Source of the DNA: Candidatus Omnitrophota bacterium
GTDB taxonomy: Bacteria > Omnitrophota > Gorgyraeia > Duberdicusellales > 4484-171
Direction of reading: 5' to 3'
DNA length: 29,926 bases
Assembly: GCA_021735045.1 (NCBI GenBank)
Contig: JAIPHU010000014.1
Coordinates: 1-29,926 of the forward strand
The notes under the pieces are model-generated. The model ran no database searches, was not told the DNA's origin, and saw only the letters and a list, made by a program, of their open reading frames with translations. Both the position numbers and the translations under genes were made by a program. This document shows, piece by piece, positions 14,587 to 23,820 of the stretch. Each line of letters opens with the position of its first letter. The stretch's first letter is position 1.

Positions 14587-17005
14587 AAAAGAAAAAGCCG
14601 GTTTTAGCTGGAAACTTACCTATAGTTCTTTTAAACCCCAACAAGAGAACTTAAGGGAAGCGCTGTGTACTTTAGGCAATGGTTATTTTGGGACCAGAGG
14701 AGCAACTCTTGAGTCGTCAGCTTCAAGAATTCATTATCCCGGTACGTATATATTAGGTGTTTATAATAAATTAGGGACGCGTATTGCGGGGAAACTTATA
14801 AAAAATGAAGACTTAGTAAATTGTCCTAACTGGTTACCTATTACCTTTAGAATTGAAAAAGGTAATTGGATAAATCCTGCCTCAGAAAAAATTCATAAAT
14901 GGAAGCAAGAACTTGATTTTAAAACAGGAGTATTAAAAAGAACAGTAACTTTTTCTACTCAGGATAAAAAGAAAACAACTATAAAAGAAGAAAGATTAGT
15001 CCATATGGGTGATTGCCATCGAGCTGCAATTAAATATCAAATTAAGCCCGAAAACTATAAAGGCAAAATTACAATTAGGGCAGGGTTAGACGGTTCAGTC
15101 GAGAATACAGGGGTAGCCCGGTATCGACAACTTAACTCCAAGCATTTAAAAGCAATTTCTTCTAATTCTTTTTCAAATAATTGTATTTATTTGAAAGCTA
15201 AAACCAGCCAGTCAAAAATAACTATTTTTGAGACAGCAAAAATAGATATTTACAATTCTAAAACCAGGAAAATAAAACCTAATCGTAGAAAGATACAAAA
15301 AGACAAAAAAAGTATCTATCAAGAGATTAAATTAAATGTTAGGAAAAAACAGGTTTATCAGCTAGAAAAAATTGTTGCTCTTTATACATCAAAAGATAAA
15401 GATGTTACTAATCCTTTTTCTGCAGCAAAAAATTCTGTTCAGAAAGCAAAAAGATTTAAAGATATTTTAAATGTTCATAAAAAAGCTTGGCGGTTTTTGT
15501 GGGATAAATCTGACATAGAGTTAAAGGGGCCTGTTTTTACTCAAAAAGTTTTACGTCTACATATCTTTCATTTGCTTCAGATTGCTTCAACTAATACTAT
15601 CGGCCTAGATACTGGCCTTCCGGCAAGAGGCCTTCACGGTGAAGCTTATCGGGGGCATATTTTTTGGGATGAGCTTTTTACTACTCCTTTTTACGATGCC
15701 CATCTTCCTGAAGTGACAAAAACTATTCTTTTATATAGGTATCGGCGCTTAGTTGCTGCTAAAAAAGCAGCAAAGAAAGCCGGATTTAAGGGGGCGATGT
15801 TTCCTTGGCAGAGTTCATCAACCGGTGAGGAAGAATCCCAAGTTATACACCTTAACCCCTTATCGGGTAAGTGGGGGCCAGATTATAGCAAAATCCAGAG
15901 GCATATTTCTTTTGATATAGCCTATAATATTTGGAGGCACTGGGAAAGAACTGCTGATTTAGATTTCATAATTTATTACGGAACAGAGTTGCTTGCTGCT
16001 ATCTCTCAATTTGGAGCCAGTTTAGCAAAATTTAGCAAGAAAGATGGTCGTTTTCATACTAAAGGCTTAATGGGGCCAGATGAGTTTCATGAGAAGATTC
16101 CCGGGGCAAAAAAAGGGGGATTTATTGATAATGCTTATACAAATGTTTTAATTGTTTGGACAATCCTAAAGACCCAGAAAGCTCTTGCCATGATCCCTAA
16201 AAGCCAATCTTTGCGGATCAGGAAAAAATTAAATATTACCCAAGAAGAGTTAAAACGTTGGGATGATATAACCAAGAAGATGAATATCATCACAAATAAA
16301 AATAAAATAATATCTCAGTTCGATGGATATTTCAATCTTAAGGAGATAAACTGGAGGTATTATCGAAAAAGATATAAAAATATTAAACGTATGGACAGAA
16401 TTTTAAAAGCTGAAGGTAAATCGCCAGATGAATATAAAGTAGCTAAACAGGCTGATGTTTTAATGATTTTTTACCTTATTCCTTTCTTTGAGGTAAAAGG
16501 TATTTTTGCTAGGTTAGGTTATAAAATGAATCGCAAAATTTTGGCGAAAAACTATAATTATTATGTAAAAAGAACTTCTCACGGTTCGACCTTGAGTAAA
16601 GTTTCTCACTGTTACTTAGCTAATCTTATTGGTAAAAAAGGAAATGGCTGGGATTGGTTTCAGCAGGTTCTTGCATCTGATATTTATGATACTCAAGGAG
16701 GGACTACTCCAGAAGGAATTCACGCAGGTGTTATGGGCGGGTCAGTCGATGTGGTTATGCGTAGATTTTGTGGGATTAGGCCTTTTGAAGATAGGATAAA
16801 AATAGAGCCGAGGCCTCCCAGAAAGATTAAAAAAATTAAATATAATTTTTATTATCAAGGATATCAGATATTTATAATCTTAAAAAATAAACATGTTGAA
16901 GTATATTTAAAAGGAAAAAATATAAAAAAATCCCCTGTTATTGTTGAAATTTCAAAAAATTCATACGAACTATTTCCAGGCAAGAAGTATCAACTTTCTT
17001 TTTAA
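14564..17005 (+). CDS. Glycoside hydrolase family 65 disaccharide phosphorylase (trehalose / kojibiose / trehalose-6-P phosphorylase-like)
   Basis: GNGYFGTRG, HGEAYRGHIFWD and MFPWQSS motifs. The TTG start at 14564 is preceded by AAGGGAG 4 nt upstream and overlaps the upstream gene by 23 nt. Confidence 0.88.
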   Translation: MSKSSKNRKEKAGFSWKLTYSSFKPQQENLREALCTLGNGYFGTRGATLESSASRIHYPGTYILGVYNKLGTRIAGKLIKNEDLVNCPNWLPITFRIEKGNWINPASEKIHKWKQELDFKTGVLKRTVTFSTQDKKKTTIKEERLVHMGDCHRAAIKYQIKPENYKGKITIRAGLDGSVENTGVARYRQLNSKHLKAISSNSFSNNCIYLKAKTSQSKITIFETAKIDIYNSKTRKIKPNRRKIQKDKKSIYQEIKLNVRKKQVYQLEKIVALYTSKDKDVTNPFSAAKNSVQKAKRFKDILNVHKKAWRFLWDKSDIELKGPVFTQKVLRLHIFHLLQIASTNTIGLDTGLPARGLHGEAYRGHIFWDELFTTPFYDAHLPEVTKTILLYRYRRLVAAKKAAKKAGFKGAMFPWQSSSTGEEESQVIHLNPLSGKWGPDYSKIQRHISFDIAYNIWRHWERTADLDFIIYYGTELLAAISQFGASLAKFSKKDGRFHTKGLMGPDEFHEKIPGAKKGGFIDNAYTNVLIVWTILKTQKALAMIPKSQSLRIRKKLNITQEELKRWDDITKKMNIITNKNKIISQFDGYFNLKEINWRYYRKRYKNIKRMDRILKAEGKSPDEYKVAKQADVLMIFYLIPFFEVKGIFARLGYKMNRKILAKNYNYYVKRTSHGSTLSKVSHCYLANLIGKKGNGWDWFQQVLASDIYDTQGGTTPEGIHAGVMGGSVDVVMRRFCGIRPFEDRIKIEPRPPRKIKKIKYNFYYQGYQIFIILKNKHVEVYLKGKNIKKSPVIVEISKNSYELFPGKKYQLSF

Positions 17006-17028
17006 TAATAGCTAGCAGTAGCCACTAT

Positions 17029-17670
17029 ATGGACCCCTTTATTTTTAGAACCCGTATAAATCAGATTGAGCTTTTAGGAAAAAAAGCAAAAAACTTAAAA
17101 CAATTAGTTGAAAACATAAAAACGGTTCCTTCCTCAAGTATTTATCATCACACCCATAGATTCCTAGAACAGCATATATATTTTTCTCCCGAACATCCTA
17201 ATGATTTTAGTTATTGGATAACAACTGCCTTAGGCTTAAAACGGTTAGGTGAAATAATAGCTAGCGTAGAGATTTTTCAATTTAAAGATATTGAATCTTT
17301 AAGAAATAAGTTTATAAAAATTATCGAAACTTATCTTAAAGGGACTTCTTCTTTGCGTAATTGTATTTTAGGGGAAGAGTTTAGTTTTATGTCTTCTAAG
17401 ATGTTTATTTTAAACACACCTTTTAAAGCGCATAATTTAGAAGAATTTATTAGTTGTCTTAGGCAAATCACAATACATTCTTTTTATTTTCATATGTTTG
17501 AGGCTAGAATGAGACTGCAGAAAGATGAAAATGATTTTTCTCGTTGGTTTAAAGATAATGGATTTAAAAGATTAGCGGATCAAATTGCTTTCCTGGATCC
17601 TTATACGCATACCTTAGAAGGCCTACGTAAAAAAATAATCAGTTTAGCAACAAAATATACACAAAGATGA
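17029..17670 (+). CDS. Conserved hypothetical protein translationally coupled to treT (possibly DUF5752-like)
   Basis: 213 aa with no recognisable catalytic motif. Its stop overlaps the treT start (ATGA at 17667-17670). Confidence 0.5.
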   Translation: MDPFIFRTRINQIELLGKKAKNLKQLVENIKTVPSSSIYHHTHRFLEQHIYFSPEHPNDFSYWITTALGLKRLGEIIASVEIFQFKDIESLRNKFIKIIETYLKGTSSLRNCILGEEFSFMSSKMFILNTPFKAHNLEEFISCLRQITIHSFYFHMFEARMRLQKDENDFSRWFKDNGFKRLADQIAFLDPYTHTLEGLRKKIISLATKYTQR

Positions 17671-18890
17671 AGCCAATAAAAGAATATATTCCGGTTGTTG
17701 GAAAACAAGTTATAGACGAACTTTATTTAGTAGCTGATAAAGTAAAAAATATAAAAGTTCAAAATATAAACTCAACGCATTCAGGAGGAGGAGTTGCTGA
17801 AATATTATCTCGAATGATTCCTCTGATGAAAGATTTAGGGATTTCAGTCAGTTGGGATAGTTTAGAAGCTGGAGATAAGTTTTTTACTATAACTAAAAAA
17901 ATCCATAATGCCTTACATGGATTAGAGGTTAGTTTAACTAGTAAAGAATATGATTATTTTTTAGAAATAAATGAAAAAAATCAAAAAAAATTATCGACTG
18001 ATTCGGATATAGTATATGTCCATGATCCTCAGCCGATTGCTTTAATTGATAAAGATAAAGGTCAAGGGAAAAAATGGTTGTGGCGTTGCCATGTAGATTT
18101 TTCAAAACCGCAACAAGATGTTTGGAATTTTTTAAAAAAGTTTATTCAAAACTATGACGCTTCTGTATTTAGCGCTCCGGCTTTTGCCCGTAAGCTTAAC
18201 TGTAGACAAGTTTTAGTTTCTCCTTCGATTGATCCTTTGAGTGATAAAAATAAAAGATTAGACCAGCGAGAGATTGATTCGGTTTTAGAAAAGTATGGTA
18301 TTGATAAAGATAAACCGATAATCACTCAAGTTTCTCGGTTTGATTACTTAAAAGATCCGCTAGGAGTTATAAAAAGCTATCGTTTAGTTAAAAAATATAT
18401 TGATTGCCAGTTAGTTTTAGCTGGCGGCGGAGCAACTGATGATCCTAATACAATAGAAGTTTTAAAAGAAGCAGAAAATTCGGCTGCTTTGGATAAAGAT
18501 ATTTTCATTTTGCACTTGCCGGCTCAGAGCCATCTTGAGATAAATGCTTTACAGAGAGCATCTACTGTAATTTTGCAGAAATCTTTACGTGAAGGTTTTG
18601 GCCTTACTGTTTGTGAGGCACTTTGGAAAGAAAAACCAGTGATAGCTTCTGCTGTAGGAGGTATCCCCTTACAAATTGCCCATAAATATTCTGGTATTTT
18701 GACCTATACTACAGAAGGGACGGCTTATTGGATAAAGCAGTTGATACAAGAACCTGAATATGCTAAAAGGTTAGGGGCCCACGGCAGAAGGCATGTAGCT
18801 AATAATTTTCTCATTACCAGACAAATACAAGATTATCTACTACTTTTTTTATCTCTTTATAACCAATCTGACATAGTTGATTTGGGCTGA
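17667..18890 (+). CDS. treT: Trehalose glycosyltransferring synthase (TreT, GT4)
   Basis: Strong resemblance to archaeal and Thermotoga TreT along its length: NSTHSGGGVAEIL, HNALHG, VHDPQP, WLWRCHVD, SPSIDPLSDKN, KPIITQVSRFD, NALQRASTVILQKSLREGFGLTVCEALWKEKPVI and AVGGIP. Confidence 0.85.
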   Translation: MKPIKEYIPVVGKQVIDELYLVADKVKNIKVQNINSTHSGGGVAEILSRMIPLMKDLGISVSWDSLEAGDKFFTITKKIHNALHGLEVSLTSKEYDYFLEINEKNQKKLSTDSDIVYVHDPQPIALIDKDKGQGKKWLWRCHVDFSKPQQDVWNFLKKFIQNYDASVFSAPAFARKLNCRQVLVSPSIDPLSDKNKRLDQREIDSVLEKYGIDKDKPIITQVSRFDYLKDPLGVIKSYRLVKKYIDCQLVLAGGGATDDPNTIEVLKEAENSAALDKDIFILHLPAQSHLEINALQRASTVILQKSLREGFGLTVCEALWKEKPVIASAVGGIPLQIAHKYSGILTYTTEGTAYWIKQLIQEPEYAKRLGAHGRRHVANNFLITRQIQDYLLLFLSLYNQSDIVDLG

Positions 18891-19039
18891 AAAAATCTTG
18901 CCAATATAGCTATATTATGGTAAATTACCAATCAACTATTCGATTACGCTTAGGCTAAAACCTTAAAGCCTGCAAGCTATAGAGCTAAAAGGTAGATACA
19001 GTTCCCGCTTTTATTTAACTAAAAAAAGAGGTGTAAAAT

Positions 19040-20911
19040 ATGGCAGAAAAATCATTAGATTTTTTAAAAGAAAAATTAGATCAAAAAAATTTTCAAAAGC
19101 TTGAATCTTTAGAAAATCCGGATCTTTTTGATTTTATAGCTGAAGCTATCCAACTTTGTAATCCTAGTTCAGTCTTTGTTCGCACAGATTCAGAAGAAGA
19201 TGTAGCCTATATTAGAAAAAAAGCTAAAGAATTAGGCGAAGAAAAAGCTTTAGCTATAAAAGGTCACACTGTTCATTTTGATGGCTATAATGACCAAGCT
19301 CGGGACAAAAAAAACACAAAGTATCTTCTTAGTAAAGATAGTTTAGAGAAGAGTCGGCTAAATAGCCTTGGAAAACAACAAGGAACAGATGAGATTAAAG
19401 AAATATTAAAAGATATTATGCAGGGTAAAGAGATGTTTATTTGCTTTTTTTGCCTTGGGCCTAATGATTCTATGTTTTCTCTTCCTTCAGTTCAAATTAC
19501 TGATTCTTCTTATGTAGCTCACTCCGAAGATATTCTCTATCGGCCTGGATATGATCAATTTAGGAAAATAAAGAAAAAGAGTGAATTTTTTAAGTTTATT
19601 CATAGTGCAGGTGAATTAGAAAATGGAGTAAGTAAGAATGTTGATAAAAGAAGAGTCTATATTAATTTAGACGATCAAATAGTTTATAGCACCAATACTC
19701 AATATGCTGGTAATACTGTAGGTTTGAAAAAGTTAGCTTTGAGATTGGCAATTAATAAGGCAACTAGCCAGGATTGGTTAGCTGAGCATATGTTTGTCAT
19801 GTCGGTATCAGATAAAGAAGGTAATAAATCTTATTTTTGTGGGGCTTATCCTAGTATGTGTGGTAAAACTTCAACTGCTATGATTGAAGGTGAGACTATA
19901 ATTGGAGACGATATAGCTTATCTAAAGAAAAAAGATTCAAAAGTATTTGGTACTAATGTAGAACGGGGTGCTTTTGGGATTATCAAAGGAGTAAATCGAG
20001 AAGATGATCCGATTATCTATAAAACTTTATCTAAAGAAGGAGAGGTAATTTTTTCAAATATCTTAGTGAGTGAGGATAATACACCTTTCTGGGAAGGCAA
20101 AAGCAAAGAACATCCTCCTGCAGGCCTAAATTTTTCCGGCCGGTGGTTTCCGGGTAAAACCGATACTGAAGGAGAAGAAATTCCTGCTTCTCATAAGAAT
20201 GCTCGTTTTACAATTAGGATAAGAGATCTTGAAAATGTTGATGAGAATCTTAATAATCCTAATGGAGTAGAGATCAAAGGGTTAATCTATGGAGGTAGAG
20301 ATTCTGATACTTCGGTGCCAATTGAACAAGCATTTAACTGGCAACATGGGATTATAACTAAAGCTGCGAGCCTTGAATCAGAGACTACCGCGGCTACCTT
20401 AGGCCAAGAAGGGGTTAGAGTATTTAATCCGATGAGTAATATGGATTTTTTATCGGTACCTTTAGGTAGATATATTCAAGCTAACTTAGATTTTCAAAAA
20501 AATTTAGAGGAAGTACCTTTAATATTTTCTGTTAACTATTTTTTGAGAGACAAAGAAGGAAAATTTTTAAATGGCATGAAGGATAAGCAGGTTTGGCTTA
20601 AATGGGCTAAGCTGAGAGCTGATAAAAAAGTAGAAGCAATCAAGACTCCTACAGGTTTTATCCCTCAATACCAAGACCTAAAGATATTATTTAAAGATTA
20701 TTTAGGAAAAGATTATTCACAAGAAGATTACAATACTCAATTTACTTTAAGGGTTGTTGAGAATTTAGAAAAAATTGAAAGAATAATCAATATCTATCAA
20801 GATAGAGAAAATATTCCTCCTATCTTGTTTGAAGAGCTAGAAAAACAAAAGGAAAGACTATTAGATTGCCAAAAAAATCACCGAGATTATCCTAAACCTT
20901 CTGATTTTTAA
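19040..20911 (+). CDS. pckG: Phosphoenolpyruvate carboxykinase (GTP)
   Basis: About 620 aa with P-loop GAYPSMCGKTS, GDDIAY and NARFT motifs. SD AGAGGTG upstream. Confidence 0.92.
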   Translation: MAEKSLDFLKEKLDQKNFQKLESLENPDLFDFIAEAIQLCNPSSVFVRTDSEEDVAYIRKKAKELGEEKALAIKGHTVHFDGYNDQARDKKNTKYLLSKDSLEKSRLNSLGKQQGTDEIKEILKDIMQGKEMFICFFCLGPNDSMFSLPSVQITDSSYVAHSEDILYRPGYDQFRKIKKKSEFFKFIHSAGELENGVSKNVDKRRVYINLDDQIVYSTNTQYAGNTVGLKKLALRLAINKATSQDWLAEHMFVMSVSDKEGNKSYFCGAYPSMCGKTSTAMIEGETIIGDDIAYLKKKDSKVFGTNVERGAFGIIKGVNREDDPIIYKTLSKEGEVIFSNILVSEDNTPFWEGKSKEHPPAGLNFSGRWFPGKTDTEGEEIPASHKNARFTIRIRDLENVDENLNNPNGVEIKGLIYGGRDSDTSVPIEQAFNWQHGIITKAASLESETTAATLGQEGVRVFNPMSNMDFLSVPLGRYIQANLDFQKNLEEVPLIFSVNYFLRDKEGKFLNGMKDKQVWLKWAKLRADKKVEAIKTPTGFIPQYQDLKILFKDYLGKDYSQEDYNTQFTLRVVENLEKIERIINIYQDRENIPPILFEELEKQKERLLDCQKNHRDYPKPSDF

Positions 20912-20919
20912 AAATAAAA

Positions 20920-21798
20920 ATGTTAGAAAAAACTGATTTTAGTAAATTAAAACTTTATAAAAAAGGCAAAGTAAGGGATGTCTATGAGTTGGGCAACAAA
21001 TTATTAATTGTTGCTACCGATAGAATCTCTTGTTTTGATGTAGTTTTACCCACCCCTATTCCCAATAAAGGCAAGATCCTTACCCAGATTTCTCTTTTTT
21101 GGTTTTCTTACTTACAAGATCTTGTTTCTAACCATTTGATCTCGGCTGACGATAAAGATCTACCTCAAGAAGTTTCTCAAAATAAAAAAGAACTAGCCGG
21201 CCGTTTTATGATTACGGAAAAATGCGAAGTTTTTCCTTTTGAATGTGTAGTGAGGGGATATTTAGCTGGTTCTGGTTTTAAAGACTATCAAAAGACAAGT
21301 AGTGTCTGCGGGATTCAACTTCCTGAAGGCCTCAAACAAGCCGATAAATTACCAGAGCCTATTTTTACTCCTGCTACTAAAGCAGAGTCAGGCCACGATC
21401 AAAATGTTGATTTTGACTATATGAAAAAAGAAGTTGGTGAAAATGTAGCTGAAAAATTAAAAGATATTAGCATTCAACTTTATAAAAAAGCTACTGAATT
21501 AGCAGAAAGTAAAGGGATAATAATCGCTGATACAAAATTTGAATTTGGTAAAACCGATGATAATAGAATAATAATTATTGATGAGGCTTTGACTCCAGAC
21601 TCTTCTCGTTTTTGGCCAAGATCAGAGTATAAACCAGGCAAATCTCAACCCAGCTTTGATAAACAATTTGTCAGAGATTATCTAGAAAGCTGTGATTGGG
21701 ATAAAACACCACCGGCGCCAGAACTACCGGAGGAGATAGTTAAAAAGACTAGTGATAAATATAACCAAGCTTTAGAAATGCTTACCGAAAATAGATGA
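20920..21798 (+). CDS. purC: Phosphoribosylaminoimidazole-succinocarboxamide synthase (SAICAR synthetase)
   Basis: GKVRDVYE, LLIVATDRISCFD, ADTKFEFG and LTPDSSRFW motifs. Confidence 0.93.
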   Translation: MLEKTDFSKLKLYKKGKVRDVYELGNKLLIVATDRISCFDVVLPTPIPNKGKILTQISLFWFSYLQDLVSNHLISADDKDLPQEVSQNKKELAGRFMITEKCEVFPFECVVRGYLAGSGFKDYQKTSSVCGIQLPEGLKQADKLPEPIFTPATKAESGHDQNVDFDYMKKEVGENVAEKLKDISIQLYKKATELAESKGIIIADTKFEFGKTDDNRIIIIDEALTPDSSRFWPRSEYKPGKSQPSFDKQFVRDYLESCDWDKTPPAPELPEEIVKKTSDKYNQALEMLTENR

Positions 21799-21814
21799 TA
21801 GAAGGCAGAAATAA

Positions 21815-22606
21815 ATGAATATAGTAGTTTGTATTAAGCAAGTTCCTGATACTACAGAGGTAAGAGTTAATCCTGAAACTAATACTTTAATTAGAGAAGG
21901 GGTTGATTCGATAGTGAATCCTTTTGATACTTATGCAATTGAAGAGGGGCTACGCTTAAGGGATAAATTTGGTGGAAAAGTTACAGCCATAACTATGGGG
22001 CCTCCCCAGGCAGAGGCCGTTTTGCGAGATGCTATCTCTTTAGGGGCCGATTCAGCTATTCTTGTTTCGGATCGAGCCTTTGCTGGTTCTGACACTTGGT
22101 CAACAAGTTTAATCTTGTCAAAAGCTTTAGCTAAAATAGATGACTTTGATTTAGTCATTTGTGGCAAACAAGCTTCAGACGGAGATACTGCTCAAGTTGG
22201 ACCGGGTATTGCAACTCATCTTAGCTTACCTCAAGCAACTTATGTAAGAAGAATAGACAGCCTACATCTAGATACTTCTCCTAAAGTTATTGTAGTAGAA
22301 AGATTACTAGAAGAAGGTTATGAGATGTTGGAAGTACAACTACCGGCTTTAATTACTGTAGTAAAAGAGATTAATGAACCAAGGATGCCTTCTTTGCGGG
22401 GTAAAATGAAGGCAAAAAGTGCTAAGATAGATTGTTGGGGGAATAAAGATTTAGGAATAAAAGAAGATGAAATTGGCCTTGAAGGTTCTCCCACTCAAGT
22501 AGTTAAAATTTTCAGTCCGCCCAAAAAAGAAGGCGGTAAGATATTTAAAGGTGAACCAGCTGAGACAGTTGAAAAGCTAGTTAAAGAAATCAAAGATATA
22601 TTATGA
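21815..22606 (+). CDS. etfB: Electron transfer flavoprotein beta subunit, bifurcating-type sequence signature
   Basis: MNIVVCIKQVPDT plus CGKQASDGDTAQVGP. The DGDTAQVGP version of this motif is the one described for FAD-binding (bifurcating, group 2) EtfB rather than AMP-binding group 1. Confidence 0.9.
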   Translation: MNIVVCIKQVPDTTEVRVNPETNTLIREGVDSIVNPFDTYAIEEGLRLRDKFGGKVTAITMGPPQAEAVLRDAISLGADSAILVSDRAFAGSDTWSTSLILSKALAKIDDFDLVICGKQASDGDTAQVGPGIATHLSLPQATYVRRIDSLHLDTSPKVIVVERLLEEGYEMLEVQLPALITVVKEINEPRMPSLRGKMKAKSAKIDCWGNKDLGIKEDEIGLEGSPTQVVKIFSPPKKEGGKIFKGEPAETVEKLVKEIKDIL

Positions 22607-23802
22607 GTAAAATCAGAGTCATAAAGGATAAATGTACTGGTTGTGGTTTATGTATTAAAGCTTGCCCGGTAGATGCAATAAAACTTATTGATAAAAAAGC
22701 TGTTATCGATCTTGATAAATGCACTCTTTGCAAGGCTTGCTTACAAAGTTGTAAATTTGATGCAATTCAAATAAAAACTTTAGAAAAAAAAGTTAAAGAT
22801 TTTTCAAACTATAAAGGAGTTTGGGTTTTTGCTGAAAACTCAGAAGGTGTTATCTCGCCGGTTGTTTTTGAACTTTTGAATAAAGCAAGGCAGTTAGCAG
22901 ATGATTTAGATACAGAAGTTGCTGCTATTTTATTGGGGGAAGATATTGAGCCAAAAGCAGAAGAGTTGATTCAACGTGGTGCAGATAAAGTTTATTTAGT
23001 TGAGTCAAAAGACTTAAAGCACTATATATCAGAGAACTATACAGCTAAAATAGTCGAATTAATAAAAAAGTATAAACCTCAAATTTTATTGGCTGGAGCA
23101 ACAACTACAGGGAGAAGTTTAGTCTCTCGAGTAGCAGTTAACTGTTATACTGGTTTAACCGCAGATTGTACTGGTCTAGAGATTGATAAAGAGAAAAAAA
23201 TATTAGTTCAAACTAGACCGGCTTTTGGGGGAAATATTATGGCTCAAATTATTTCACCTGATTTCAGGCCGCAGATGGCAACTGTCCGGCATAAAGTAAT
23301 GCCGGAAGCACAACCAGACTCTTTGCGCAAAGGTGAAATAATTAGAGAGAATTTTGATTCAAAAAATATAGATAAAAGGATAAAGTTTTTAGATTTTATT
23401 AAAGAAGATGTCTCCACAGTAAATCTAGCAGAAGCTGATATAATTGTATCCGGCGGAAGAGGATTAGGTGGGCCAGAGAATTTTAAAATAATCGAAGAGC
23501 TAGCTAAGAGCTTAGATGCTGCAGTAGGTTCTTCTCGGGCTTGTGTTGATGCCGGATGGATTCCTTATTCTCATCAAGTGGGTCAAACTGGCCGGACGGT
23601 ATGTCCTAAAATTTATATTGCTTGTGGAATATCAGGACAAATCCAGCATTTAGTAGGCATGCAATCATCTGATTTAATTATTGCCATTAACAAAGATCCA
23701 GAGGCTCCTATATTTAAAATAGCTGATTACGGTATTGTAGGTGATCTTTTTAAGGTAATCCCTCTTTTTGCTAAACAGTTAAAAGAACTACTTAATCGCT
23801 AA
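22603..23802 (+). CDS. etfA: Electron transfer flavoprotein alpha subunit with N-terminal 2x[4Fe-4S] ferredoxin domain
   Basis: CTGCGLCIKACP and CTLCKACLQSC are followed by the ETF alpha core (SGGRGLG, AVGSSRACVDAGW, GQTGRTVCPKIYIACGISGQIQH). ATGA overlap with etfB. Confidence 0.88.
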   Translation: MSKIRVIKDKCTGCGLCIKACPVDAIKLIDKKAVIDLDKCTLCKACLQSCKFDAIQIKTLEKKVKDFSNYKGVWVFAENSEGVISPVVFELLNKARQLADDLDTEVAAILLGEDIEPKAEELIQRGADKVYLVESKDLKHYISENYTAKIVELIKKYKPQILLAGATTTGRSLVSRVAVNCYTGLTADCTGLEIDKEKKILVQTRPAFGGNIMAQIISPDFRPQMATVRHKVMPEAQPDSLRKGEIIRENFDSKNIDKRIKFLDFIKEDVSTVNLAEADIIVSGGRGLGGPENFKIIEELAKSLDAAVGSSRACVDAGWIPYSHQVGQTGRTVCPKIYIACGISGQIQHLVGMQSSDLIIAINKDPEAPIFKIADYGIVGDLFKVIPLFAKQLKELLNR

Positions 23803-23820
23803 AGTTGATTTTTTAAGATA

